DNA from: Alphaproteobacteria bacterium
GTDB lineage: Bacteria > Pseudomonadota > Alphaproteobacteria > SHVP01
DNA: 64,000 nucleotides
Direction of reading: 5' to 3'
Assembly: GCA_038116985.1 (NCBI GenBank)
Contig: JAYOEZ010000007.1
Location: forward strand, 624-64,623
The position numbers were made by a program, and so were the translations under genes. Below, one piece after another: positions 36,153 to 45,343 of this stretch. Every line of letters begins with the position of its first letter. Position 1 is the stretch's first letter. Under the pieces are notes generated by a model. The model had not been told where the DNA came from, made no database searches, and saw only the letters and a program-made list of their open reading frames with translations.

Positions 36153-37352
36153 ATGGCCGTACCTGAACGCGTTTTGATAGCGGGCGCCGGGCCCATCGGG
36201 CTGATCTGCGCCCATCGTCTGTCGTTGCTGGGCATCACGGTCGAGGTCTTCGACAAGTCGACCGAGATTCCGACCGACCTGCGGGCGTCGACCTGGCACC
36301 CCGCGACCCTCGACATGCTCGAGGAGATCGGCGTGACGGACGAAATCCTCGCCAAGGGTGCCAAGTGTCCGTCCTGGCAGTACCGGTTTCAGAGCACCGG
36401 CGAACGCGCCGTGTTCGACCTCAGGGTTCTGGAAGGCGAGACCAGGCACCCCTACCGCGTGCAGTGCGAACAGTTTCATGTGGTCCGCCACCTGGTGAAC
36501 CTGCTGTCCGGCCGCGACAACGTCGCGATTCACTGGGGCGCGGAGGTCGTCGGCGTCTCCCAAAGCGAGGATCGTGCCGCCCTGACCGTCCGGCGCGACG
36601 GCCAGGAAGAGGTGCACGAGGCGCCCTTCGTCATCGGCGCCGACGGCGGGCACTCGACCGTGCGCCAGTCGCTCGGCCTCGGCTTCGACGGCAAGACCTA
36701 CCCGATCTTCACCATGGTCGCGATCACCGACTTCCCCTTCGAGGAGCACTACGAGGGCCTGTCGAACGTCAGCTACGTGTGGACCGACGACGGCAACTTC
36801 TCGCTCCTGCGCGTGCCCGACCGCTGGCGTTCCGGCATCACGCCGCAGCCCGATCAGACGCCCGAGGAGGCGTTGTCGGACGACAACATCAACGCCCACT
36901 TCCAGCGCATCGTGCCGCGCGACGCGCGTTACGACATCCTCGCGCGCGGCAGCTATCGCACCCATATGCGCGTCACCGAGACATTCAATGTCGGACGCAT
37001 CCTGCTGGCGGGCGATGCGGCGCATCTCAACACGCCGAACGGCGGCCTTGGCCTGAACTGCGGCGTGCACGACGCCATGAACCTGACGGGCAAGATTCAT
37101 GACGTGTGGCACGGCAACGCCGATATGTCGGTCTTCGACCGCTACACCAGACAGAGAAAGACCATCGCGACGGACTACGTCCACAAGATGTCGGATGCCA
37201 ACCACCATCGCATGCGCGAGCGCGATCCAGACAAGCGCCGCGCCATCATGGACGACATGAAGCGGATCACCGCCGACGACTCCCTGATGAAGGACTGGCT
37301 GATGAATTCGTCGATGATCAACGCCGTCCGCCACGCCGAAACCATCGCCTAG
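36153..37352 (+). CDS. FAD-dependent aromatic-ring monooxygenase family protein
   Basis: 399 aa from ATG 36153. VLIAGAGPIGLICAHRL (GxGxxG), GADGGHSTVR, and LLAGDAAHLNTPNGGLGLN. Confidence 0.85.
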   Translation: MAVPERVLIAGAGPIGLICAHRLSLLGITVEVFDKSTEIPTDLRASTWHPATLDMLEEIGVTDEILAKGAKCPSWQYRFQSTGERAVFDLRVLEGETRHPYRVQCEQFHVVRHLVNLLSGRDNVAIHWGAEVVGVSQSEDRAALTVRRDGQEEVHEAPFVIGADGGHSTVRQSLGLGFDGKTYPIFTMVAITDFPFEEHYEGLSNVSYVWTDDGNFSLLRVPDRWRSGITPQPDQTPEEALSDDNINAHFQRIVPRDARYDILARGSYRTHMRVTETFNVGRILLAGDAAHLNTPNGGLGLNCGVHDAMNLTGKIHDVWHGNADMSVFDRYTRQRKTIATDYVHKMSDANHHRMRERDPDKRRAIMDDMKRITADDSLMKDWLMNSSMINAVRHAETIA

Positions 37353-37477
37353 CCCGCTTGTGGCGGCTGACCGCCGTGCGAATCCGCAGGATTCGGGCGA
37401 TTCGGCTTGGGTTGCCAAATGCGGCACGCCCCCTAGGATACGGCGTCTTCTGGGAGGAAAACGAAAGGGAATCCCTC

Positions 37478-38509
37478 ATGCGTAGTATCGCCAAGACTTG
37501 CCTGGCGGCGGTGATCGCCGGCTCCGTCACTTTTGGTGCCGCCGCGGTCGCCAATGCCGACGAAATCAAGGTCGGCTCGTTCGTTTCCGAGCGCGGCTTC
37601 GGCAGCCGCTTCGTCATCGCGCCGTGGATCGAGCGCGCGAACAAGTCGCTGCAGGAAATCGGTTCCGACTTCAGCATCAAGGCCTATTGGGGCGGCACGC
37701 TCGGCAAGAGCCCGTTCCAGCAGTACGACCTCGTCAAGGCCGGCGTCGCCGACGTCGCCTGGGTGATGTCCGCCTACACGCCGGGCCAGTTCCCGGAAAT
37801 GGAAATCGTCGAACTCCCGTTCTTCTTCCGCGACGCCAAGGAAGCCTCGGTCGTCGGCTGGAAGCTCTATGAAATGGGCCTGTTCTCCGGTTTCGAAGAT
37901 ACGCACCTCGTCGGCTTCTTCGCCGGTGAGCCGGCGTCGATCTTCTCCGCCGACCCGATCGAACGCCTCGAAGACCTCAAGAACAAGAAGGTCCGCAGCG
38001 TCGGTCAGACCCAGGCTCGCTGGCTCGAAATGATCGGTGCCGTGCCGGAGTCCGCAGGGTCGACTGAAATGAACGACAAGCTCAACCGTGGCACGTTGTC
38101 TGCCGCGATCCAGGGTTGGTCGGGCATGAAGACCTTCAAGACCTTCCCACTGGTCACGCATACCGTCGATGTGCCGGTCGGCACCCTGGGTTTCATGCTG
38201 CTGATGAACAAGGACACCTGGGAAGACCTGAGCGACGCCGAAAAGAAGGCGCTGCAGGACAATGGTGGCATCCACATCGCCAACGACTCAGCTGAAGCCT
38301 ATGCCAAGGCCGGCGTCGACATCCGTGCCGAGATCAAGGAAGCCGGCGAACACACCATGGTCAACTTCTCCGAGGCGGAACTTGCTCGTTACGAATCAGA
38401 GGCCAAGGAGATCTGGGAATGGTGGGCAGACCAGACGCCCGGCAACCGCAAGGTCTTCGATGCGGCTGTGAAGCTGCTCAAGGAGATGCGCAGCGATTCG
38501 TCGAGCTAG
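37478..38509 (+). CDS. TRAP transporter substrate-binding protein (DctP type)
   Basis: 343 aa from ATG 37478. Signal peptide ...GAAAVANADE. Followed by genes for the small and large TRAP permeases. Confidence 0.8.
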   Translation: MRSIAKTCLAAVIAGSVTFGAAAVANADEIKVGSFVSERGFGSRFVIAPWIERANKSLQEIGSDFSIKAYWGGTLGKSPFQQYDLVKAGVADVAWVMSAYTPGQFPEMEIVELPFFFRDAKEASVVGWKLYEMGLFSGFEDTHLVGFFAGEPASIFSADPIERLEDLKNKKVRSVGQTQARWLEMIGAVPESAGSTEMNDKLNRGTLSAAIQGWSGMKTFKTFPLVTHTVDVPVGTLGFMLLMNKDTWEDLSDAEKKALQDNGGIHIANDSAEAYAKAGVDIRAEIKEAGEHTMVNFSEAELARYESEAKEIWEWWADQTPGNRKVFDAAVKLLKEMRSDSSS

Positions 38510-38534
38510 GCTCGACGACCTGCGGAGTTAGGAC

Positions 38535-39062
38535 GTGAGTCCTGCGCTCGAAAACCTGCAGAGGTGGATGGACCGGCTGTGCCGGGCCCTTGCCTCTGTC
38601 GGTTTCGTCGTGCTGGTTGGGATGTCGTTCCTGACCATGTTCGACGCCGTCATGCGATGGATGATCTGGCCCAGCATCCCCGGCTTCGGGGACTGGGGCC
38701 GGATCATGTTTCCGATCATCATCTGCTCTGTGTTTCCGGCGGTGCTGCTCTACCGCCGCAATGTCAGCATCGGTTTTCTCGGTGCGGGCCTGGGCCCGAG
38801 TTGGCGGCGCGTGCTGGAACTCTTTGGCGCCATCTGCACGATCTTCTTTTTCGTCCTGATCTCCTGGCAGTTCTTCGATCTTGGGATCGATCTCACGGTG
38901 AACAACCGGGTGACGCCGACGCAGAAGATTCCGGTCGCCTTTTGGTGGTGGATCGCGACGGCGCTCGTGATCTTCTGTCTGCCGGTACAGACCTGGATGA
39001 TCTACAAGAACATCTTGTCCATTCGGCAGGGCGTCGACATCGACCCGCCGGAAGGTCATTAG
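38535..39062 (+). CDS. TRAP transporter small permease (DctQ type)
   Basis: 175 aa with 4 TM. Positioned between DctP-like and DctM-like genes. Confidence 0.8.
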   Translation: MSPALENLQRWMDRLCRALASVGFVVLVGMSFLTMFDAVMRWMIWPSIPGFGDWGRIMFPIIICSVFPAVLLYRRNVSIGFLGAGLGPSWRRVLELFGAICTIFFFVLISWQFFDLGIDLTVNNRVTPTQKIPVAFWWWIATALVIFCLPVQTWMIYKNILSIRQGVDIDPPEGH

Positions 39063-39094
39063 GCGTGCTTTTCTGAAATAGGGACAAGACCGGT

Positions 39095-40402
39095 ATGTCG
39101 GCTGTTGTAATCGGCGCCCTTGGGCTCGCCCTTCTTTTCGTCCTGATCATCCTGCACGTCCCCATCGGCGTCTCGATGGGTCTGACGGGCTTTTTCACGA
39201 TCGGCTATCTCATCGGCTTCGGGCCGGCCATCGGCCTGTTCGGCGCCGAGGGTAGGGAAGTCGTTTCCAGCGAAGGTCTTGCGACCGTTGCGACATTCAT
39301 CCTCATGGGGGCGTTCGCCAACCTCAGTGGCCTTGCCCAGGATCTCTACCGATTGGCCTACGCCTTCCTCGGCCACATGCGCGGGGGCCTGGCGCTGGCC
39401 ACGGTCGGCGCCTGCGGCGGCTTCGGCTCGGTCAGCGGTTCGTCCGTTGCAACGACCGCCACCATGACCCGCATCGCATTGCCCGAGATGGCCGAACGCG
39501 GCTATTCGACGACCTTGTCGACAGGCAGCATCGCCGCCGGCGGTACGCTCGGCATGCTGATTCCGCCGTCGATCGTCATGATCATCTACGGCATCCTGAC
39601 CGAACAGTTCGTCATCGCGCTGTTCGCCGCGGCGCTGATTCCGGGCGTGTTGTCCGTGATCATCTATTTCATCGCCATTCGTGTCTTGGTCTTTTTCAAC
39701 CCAGAGTCGGGCCCGGCCGGCCCCAGAGTGCCCTGGCCCGAGCGCTTCAAGGTTCTTGGACAGTCCTGGGGCGTGATTTTCCTCGCCGCCGTCGTGTCTG
39801 GCGGTCTCTACACGGGCGTGTTCAGCCCGGCCGAGTCGGCATCCGTCGGTGTCTCGGTCGCGTTCTTGTTTGCCCTTTTCCGCGGCAAGATCAATTGGCG
39901 ATCGTTCTTCGACACGCTGCTTGAGGCGGCGGCGACCACCGGCATGATCTATGTGATCATTATCGGTGCTCATATATTCTCTTTCTTCATGACGCTTTCG
40001 GGTCTGCCGGAGGAAATCGTCGGCTCAATCGAGGCCACAGGACTGTCCAGGTGGACGATCCTGATCATGCTCTTCGCGATGTTTCTGGTGTTGGGGAGCA
40101 TCTTCGACACGATTGCGGCAATGGTCATTACCTTGCCCTTCGTTTTCCCACTGATCCTCAGCCTCGGCTTCGATCCGATCTGGTGGGGCGTCATCATGGT
40201 CATCGTAATGGAAATCGGCATGATCACCCCGCCCATCGGCATGAATGTGTTCATCATGCATGGCATGGCGCGAGACATACCGCTCTTAACAATATTCAAG
40301 GGCATCGCACCGTTCGTGGTGGCCGACTTGGTGCGTCTGGCGCTCGTTACGGTGTTCCCAGCCCTGGCTCTGTGGCTGCCGGTCGCCTGGGGCTATCTCT
40401 AG
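39095..40402 (+). CDS. TRAP transporter large permease (DctM type)
   Basis: 435 aa, polytopic. Typical DctM strings GFGSVSGSSVATTATM and PPIGMNVF. Confidence 0.9.
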   Translation: MSAVVIGALGLALLFVLIILHVPIGVSMGLTGFFTIGYLIGFGPAIGLFGAEGREVVSSEGLATVATFILMGAFANLSGLAQDLYRLAYAFLGHMRGGLALATVGACGGFGSVSGSSVATTATMTRIALPEMAERGYSTTLSTGSIAAGGTLGMLIPPSIVMIIYGILTEQFVIALFAAALIPGVLSVIIYFIAIRVLVFFNPESGPAGPRVPWPERFKVLGQSWGVIFLAAVVSGGLYTGVFSPAESASVGVSVAFLFALFRGKINWRSFFDTLLEAAATTGMIYVIIIGAHIFSFFMTLSGLPEEIVGSIEATGLSRWTILIMLFAMFLVLGSIFDTIAAMVITLPFVFPLILSLGFDPIWWGVIMVIVMEIGMITPPIGMNVFIMHGMARDIPLLTIFKGIAPFVVADLVRLALVTVFPALALWLPVAWGYL

Positions 40403-40529
40403 AAAGTCCGAGCCCGCGGGTTTGTTCGCCCTCCGGAGTCCGTGAACCTGCGCCGTCGTTGGTCGTGATACCGTTTTCCAACGGAATTCACGCGCGACGA
40501 CCGTGGATTCGGGTGACAGGAGGCATTCG

Positions 40530-41990
40530 ATGACCCGCACGCCCAGGCTCCCGATCAAGATCGATTCCACCTCGAATGGCGAATACGCGCCGCTGCCGGT
40601 CGGCAAGCGCATCAGCGCGGCCCAGCATGAGGCGCAACGCCTTCTGGACGATAATGCAAGGCGCACCGGGCAGAGCCGCCGCGCCTTCATGGCGTCCATG
40701 GCTGGCGCCGCGACGTCGCTCTTCGCGCTCGACACGGCGCTGGCGGTTCCGGGCTCGCGCGGTGGCTTCTACGATGTGTCGCGGGAGGCCGGCCTCGATG
40801 CCGAACTTGCCCAGGCGGCCGTCGGCGGCGACGAGTTCATTTTCGACGTGCAGTGCCACATGGTCGATCCCGACGGTCCCTGGCGACGCAATGCGGGCCG
40901 CGGCTTCGTCGGTGCGTTGCGGCGTTTCCCGCAAGGATCGTGCGGCGAGGCCGATGCGGCGGACTGCTACTCCGCCGACATGTTCATCAAGGAAGTGTTC
41001 ATGGATTCGGACACCGACCTTGCGGTGATGAGCTTCGTGCCCTCGCCGCCGGAGACGAATCCCCTGTCCCTGCGCGAGGCGGCGCGTGCCGCGCGCTTGG
41101 TTGAGCAACTAGACGGCACGCACCGGCTGCTGCTCCACGCCATGGTCATGCCAAACCTGCCCAACCGCACGCTCCAACTGGAACGCATGCAGCAGGCGGC
41201 GGAGGAATACGAGATTGCCGCCTGGAAGTGCTACACGCAGTGGGGCCCGAACGGTGTCGGCTGGTGGCTTGACGATCCCGACGTCGGCATCCCGTTCATC
41301 GAACAGGCGCGCCGCCTCGGCATCAAGACGATCGCGATCCACAAGGGGTTGTCGTTCGGCGGGCAGCAAGCGCGCTTCGCGTCGTGCGTCGACGTCGGCC
41401 GCGCGGCCAAACTGTTTCCGGACGTCAACTTCCTGATCTACCACTCCGGCTTCGAGACACGGCGGTGCGAGGGCCCGTACGACGCGGCCAATGCCGCGGC
41501 GGGCGTCGACAGTCTGGTGAAATCGGTGCTCGACAACGACATCACGCCCAACAGCAACGTCTACGCCGAACTCGGCAGCACCTGGCGCATCCTGATGCGC
41601 AATCCCGACATGGGCGCGCATGTCCTCGGAAAGCTCTTCAAATACATCGGCGATCGCAACGTCCTGTGGGGGACCGATTCGATCTGGTACGGCTCGCCCC
41701 AGGATCAGATCGCGGCCTTCCGAGCCTTCAGAATCTCCGAACAGTTGCAGGCGCAGCACGGCTATCCGGCGATGACGCCCGAACTGCGCCGCGCCGTCTT
41801 CGGCATGAACGGCGCGCGCGTCTACGGCCTCGATCCGTCGCTGGTCCGCCGCAAGGCGTCGGCCGACCCGGTCGGCCGCGCCAAAGAGGAATACGCCGCG
41901 GCGCCCGATCCGACCTTGCGGACCTACGGACCGCGCACCATCGACGAGTTCCGTGTGCTTGAGGCGATGCACGGTGGCTGGCCGGGCTAG
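40530..41990 (+). CDS. amidohydrolase-family (TIM-barrel metal hydrolase) protein with Tat-like signal after a ~45-aa N-terminal leader
   Basis: 486 aa from ATG 40530 (AGGAGG RBS). QSRRAFMASMAGAATSLFALDTALA is a twin-arginine-type signal. Amidohydrolase_2-like core follows (IAIHKG, LIYHSGF, WGTDS). Confidence 0.7.
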   Translation: MTRTPRLPIKIDSTSNGEYAPLPVGKRISAAQHEAQRLLDDNARRTGQSRRAFMASMAGAATSLFALDTALAVPGSRGGFYDVSREAGLDAELAQAAVGGDEFIFDVQCHMVDPDGPWRRNAGRGFVGALRRFPQGSCGEADAADCYSADMFIKEVFMDSDTDLAVMSFVPSPPETNPLSLREAARAARLVEQLDGTHRLLLHAMVMPNLPNRTLQLERMQQAAEEYEIAAWKCYTQWGPNGVGWWLDDPDVGIPFIEQARRLGIKTIAIHKGLSFGGQQARFASCVDVGRAAKLFPDVNFLIYHSGFETRRCEGPYDAANAAAGVDSLVKSVLDNDITPNSNVYAELGSTWRILMRNPDMGAHVLGKLFKYIGDRNVLWGTDSIWYGSPQDQIAAFRAFRISEQLQAQHGYPAMTPELRRAVFGMNGARVYGLDPSLVRRKASADPVGRAKEEYAAAPDPTLRTYGPRTIDEFRVLEAMHGGWPG

Positions 41991-42604
41991 GGCCAGAACA
42001 GCACGAGATTGATCGCGAAGTGTGCGGCGATCGCCGGCACCAGCGAACCGCCGGCGCGGGTCAGCCACATCAGCAACACGCCAACCACGCCGGCGCCGAT
42101 GATGGTGCCGATGCCGTTCGACCAATGCACGGCGGCGAAGATCGTCGCCGACAGCAGATAGATCGCCACCGGTGACAGCCGCGCGCCGACCTAGTCCAGG
42201 AACGCGCCGCGAAACACCGCTTCCTCGGTGACCGCAGTCAGCAGCAGACCGAACGTGAGGTCGAAGACCAGGAGCCCGGACTGCTCGATGGGATAGAACG
42301 ACTGCAGCGCGGTCCACCCGTCGAGCCCGGTCCGGTCTAGACCCTCAAGAACGGCGATCGACACTACCGACACTACGAGGGCCGCCATGCCGAAGCGCAA
42401 CCAGGAGACCGACGCGACGCATCTGTCAAGAAACGAGCGGCGCAGGGTGGGCGTGCCGAGGATCGCGGCGATGACCAACAGTTTCGAGCCGTAGTCGACC
42501 GTCAACCAACCGGCGACGTCGTTGGCCAGGATCAGTCCGATGTCGTTCGCGGCAAATGGGAGAACGAGCAGCCAGAAGGCCAGGGGGCTGAAACGCGCGG
42601 TCAT
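41987..42604 (-). pseudogene. CPBP (CAAX/Abi) intramembrane protease interrupted by one in-frame TAG
   Basis: ORFs 42191..42604 and 41987..42169 are in the same frame, separated only by TAG at 42191..42193. Motifs EEAVFRG (before the stop) and FAAVH, HFAIN (after it) are all intact. Confidence 0.7.
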
Positions 42605-42685
42605 GCGGGGCTCCACGACGCAAGTGCCGCAGCATTGCCGCTGCGGTTGCCGGGGTAAAGGCCCGCAGGCCACAATCGCCGGTCC

Positions 42686-43147
42686 ATGACGGAGACGACT
42701 TCAGAACCGGCAAGCGCGACGGCAGCGATTACCCGCGGCGCGGTACGCCTCCTCTACGATCTCGGCTACGACGCGGTCACCGAGTTCAGCTTCAGGACGG
42801 GCCGCCGCGCCGACATTCTCGCGCTCAATCGCGGCGGCGAGATCATCGTCGTCGAGGTGAAGTCGTCGCTCGCGGACTACCGCGCCGATGGGAAATGGCA
42901 CGAGTATCTCGAATGGTGCGACGGCCTGTTCTTCGCCGTCGATGCCGACTTTCCATCCGACGTCCTGCCACAGGATCAGGGCTGGATGATCTGCGATGTC
43001 TATGGCGGCGAGATCATGCGTGATGCGCCGCGCAGCAAGCTGCCTGCCGCCCGCCGGAAAATGATGACGCTCAGGTTCGGCCTCGTCGCGGCGCGACGCC
43101 TGCAGGGGCTGCTCGACGAGACGTACGAGCGGACGTCGGTCTGGTAA
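42686..43147 (+). CDS. mmcB: MmcB-family DNA repair protein (PD-(D/E)xK-like)
   Basis: 153 aa. RADILALNRGGEIIVVEVKSSLADYRAD...KWHEYLEWCDGLFFAV matches the MmcB family pattern as I remember it. Confidence 0.7.
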   Translation: MTETTSEPASATAAITRGAVRLLYDLGYDAVTEFSFRTGRRADILALNRGGEIIVVEVKSSLADYRADGKWHEYLEWCDGLFFAVDADFPSDVLPQDQGWMICDVYGGEIMRDAPRSKLPAARRKMMTLRFGLVAARRLQGLLDETYERTSVW

Positions 43148-43221
43148 CAATTGCTTAACCCTGTTCGATCCATGCTGCAGACGCGTTGAAAAGGATTCCG
43201 CACCGCGGCACTGTAGGACGA

Positions 43222-43953
43222 ATGAAGATTCCCGCCATAGCGTTGGCGCTGACGCTTGCCCTCGGCGCCACGGCATTCGCCCAGGAGGCCGCCACCTTCG
43301 AGGATGGTCGCGTTGCGGCGGAGACCTTACGGTATGATCGCGCGCGCGACATCTGGGCGCGGCTCTCGGCTGCCGGCGATGCCGAGTCCCAGAATGCGCT
43401 GGGGTTTATCTACCAAAAAGGCCTCGGCGTGCTTCGTGACTATCGCCGCGCCTTCGACCTCTACACCGCTGCGGCCGAGCAGGGCCACGCCAACGCCGCC
43501 AACAATCTCGGCGTGATGTACACGCAAGGGCAGGGCGTACCGCGCGACTACGTCCGCGCTTACAGCTGGTACAGCCTGGCGGCGATCCAGGGCGAAGATG
43601 CCGCGATCCGCAATCGCAGCATCTTGGGCCGTGCGATGAGCTACCAGGATCTCGAAGCCGCGAACGAGTTGTCGGTAAAGGCGATCGCCCGTATCGCCAA
43701 GCGGATGTCGCCGGAGCAGATCGCGCGCGCCCGCGATCGGGCCGAGCGGTTCCTGTCCCAGCGCCAGGGCGCGGCGGCGCAAAATGCCGCAATCGCCACC
43801 GTCCCGCGAACCCGGCTCGAAGGGGCGCCGAAAGGCCTCGTCGAGGTGCCTGACGATTCCCCCACGGCGGTCGTCGGTGCGCCGAAGCCGGAGGCTGAAG
43901 AAGAGGATTCCGGGCCGAAGCTGCCGGGCCTCACGCCGATCGGCGGACAGTAG
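43222..43953 (+). CDS. secreted Sel1-repeat (TPR-like) protein
   Basis: 243 aa from ATG 43222. Signal peptide ...GATAFAQE. Three Sel1 repeats (AESQNALGFIYQKGLGV.RDY..A...Y..AA.QG). Ala/Pro/Glu-rich tail. Confidence 0.8.
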   Translation: MKIPAIALALTLALGATAFAQEAATFEDGRVAAETLRYDRARDIWARLSAAGDAESQNALGFIYQKGLGVLRDYRRAFDLYTAAAEQGHANAANNLGVMYTQGQGVPRDYVRAYSWYSLAAIQGEDAAIRNRSILGRAMSYQDLEAANELSVKAIARIAKRMSPEQIARARDRAERFLSQRQGAAAQNAAIATVPRTRLEGAPKGLVEVPDDSPTAVVGAPKPEAEEEDSGPKLPGLTPIGGQ

Positions 43954-44032
43954 TCACGATTTCTTGCTGCCGGTTCTCCGTCGCCGGCGCTTCGTCTACG
44001 TTGTGAACGGCTTCATCAGACGGACATTGACC

Positions 44033-45157
44033 ATGCGTGTAGCGTTCGCCTTCCTGACCGCGTTCTCTCTGCTGACATCGGTCGTCGCACAGGCGCAACC
44101 GGCGCTCACATTCGAGCCGGCCTTGGGCAGCGAGCGGTTTGAACGTCCCGTCGCCATGAAACAGGCGCCCGGCGGCAGTGGCGTTCACGTCGTTGAGCAA
44201 CCGGGCCGTGTCGTCGCGCTTGAGCTGGACGGGTCGCAGCGCCGCGTCGTACTCGACATCGAGGACCGCGTCGGGGACGGACCCAACGAAGCCGGGCTGC
44301 TTGGGCTTGCTTTCCATCCGCGGTTTGCCGACACACAAACGCTCTATCTTTCCTACACGCGCCGTGCCAGCGGACGTACGCTCGAGTCGGTCATCGCCGC
44401 CTATAGAATGAACGATGACGGCGCGATCGACCGGGATTCGGAGAAGGTCGTCCTCGCGCTGCGACAGCCCTTCGGCAACCACAACGGCGGCGACATCGCC
44501 TTCGGTCCCGACGGCTACCTCTACATCGGGTTCGGCGACGGCGGGGCAGGGGGTGATCCTCTGAACAGCGGCCAGGACCTCGGTACGTTGCTGGGGGCGA
44601 TCCTGCGGATCGACGTCGACAGCGGCGATCCCTATACCATTCCACGCGACAATCCGTTCCGCACGCAACGCGACGCTAGGCCCGAGATCTATGCCTACGG
44701 ACTGCGCAATCCTTGGCGGTTCAGCTTTGACCGGGAGACCGGCGAATTGTGGGCAGGCGACGTCGGCCAGAACCGGTTGGAGGAAATCGACCTGATTCGT
44801 GCCGGCGGCAACTACGGCTGGAACATCAGGGAGGCGTCGCGCTCCTTCAAGGACCAGGGCCGCAACGCCTCGGGACTGATCGCACCAGTCGCCGAATACG
44901 GTCGCGAACTCGGCTGCTCCGTCACCGGCGGCTACGTCTATCGCGGCAGCGAGATCGTGGACCTGCAGGGTACCTATCTCTTCGGCGACTATTGCAGCGG
45001 TCGCATCTGGGGTGTGACCAGGGACGCCGAAGGCCGGTCGCACGTGTCGCAGCTCTTGCGTACCGATGCGCGGATCGCATCGTTCGCCGAGATCGCGGAC
45101 GGTACGATCTTCGTGCTCGATCTGACCGGGCCGGTCTACAGGATCGGTGCCAGGTAG
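44033..45157 (+). CDS. PQQ-dependent sugar dehydrogenase (soluble glucose/sorbosone dehydrogenase, YliI-like)
   Basis: 374 aa from ATG 44033. Signal peptide, then GLLGLAFHP, NHNGGDIAFGPDGYLYIGFGDGG, and YGLRNPWRFSFD. Confidence 0.85.
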   Translation: MRVAFAFLTAFSLLTSVVAQAQPALTFEPALGSERFERPVAMKQAPGGSGVHVVEQPGRVVALELDGSQRRVVLDIEDRVGDGPNEAGLLGLAFHPRFADTQTLYLSYTRRASGRTLESVIAAYRMNDDGAIDRDSEKVVLALRQPFGNHNGGDIAFGPDGYLYIGFGDGGAGGDPLNSGQDLGTLLGAILRIDVDSGDPYTIPRDNPFRTQRDARPEIYAYGLRNPWRFSFDRETGELWAGDVGQNRLEEIDLIRAGGNYGWNIREASRSFKDQGRNASGLIAPVAEYGRELGCSVTGGYVYRGSEIVDLQGTYLFGDYCSGRIWGVTRDAEGRSHVSQLLRTDARIASFAEIADGTIFVLDLTGPVYRIGAR

Positions 45158-45343
45158 TCAGGACGTCGGTACTGGTCGACGATCCTCCGGACACCGTATC
45201 CGCCGAATTCGGATATCGACACCGTCCACGGTCACCGTTTCGACGACCGGATGGCAGCCGCGCGGGATCGGTGTCGAAGAGCCCTCGTGGGCGAGCGCGG
45301 GCATCGCCGCGAGAAGGAAAATCGACAGAGCAAGCCACCTCAT
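45158..45343 (-). CDS. 61-aa secreted protein, coupled to the FemAB-like gene
   Basis: ATG 45343 overlaps the upstream stop (ATGA). MRWLALSIFLLAAMPALA-HEG... has a signal peptide, and the mature part has 2 Cys. Confidence 0.45.
   Translation of the reverse strand: MRWLALSIFLLAAMPALAHEGSSTPIPRGCHPVVETVTVDGVDIRIRRIRCPEDRRPVPTS

Noticed and set aside
35946-37427. Long ORFs antisense to well-supported genes. Examples: 35946..37427, 11640..12851, 18794..20335, 25900..27249, 41109..42317, 47887..49314, 50802..52199 and 51919..54063.
   Set aside because: They show the typical GC-rich shadow-frame pattern: Arg/Gly/Ala/Pro/His-dominated translations, no recognisable motifs, and complete overlap with genes that have clear family signatures on the other strand.
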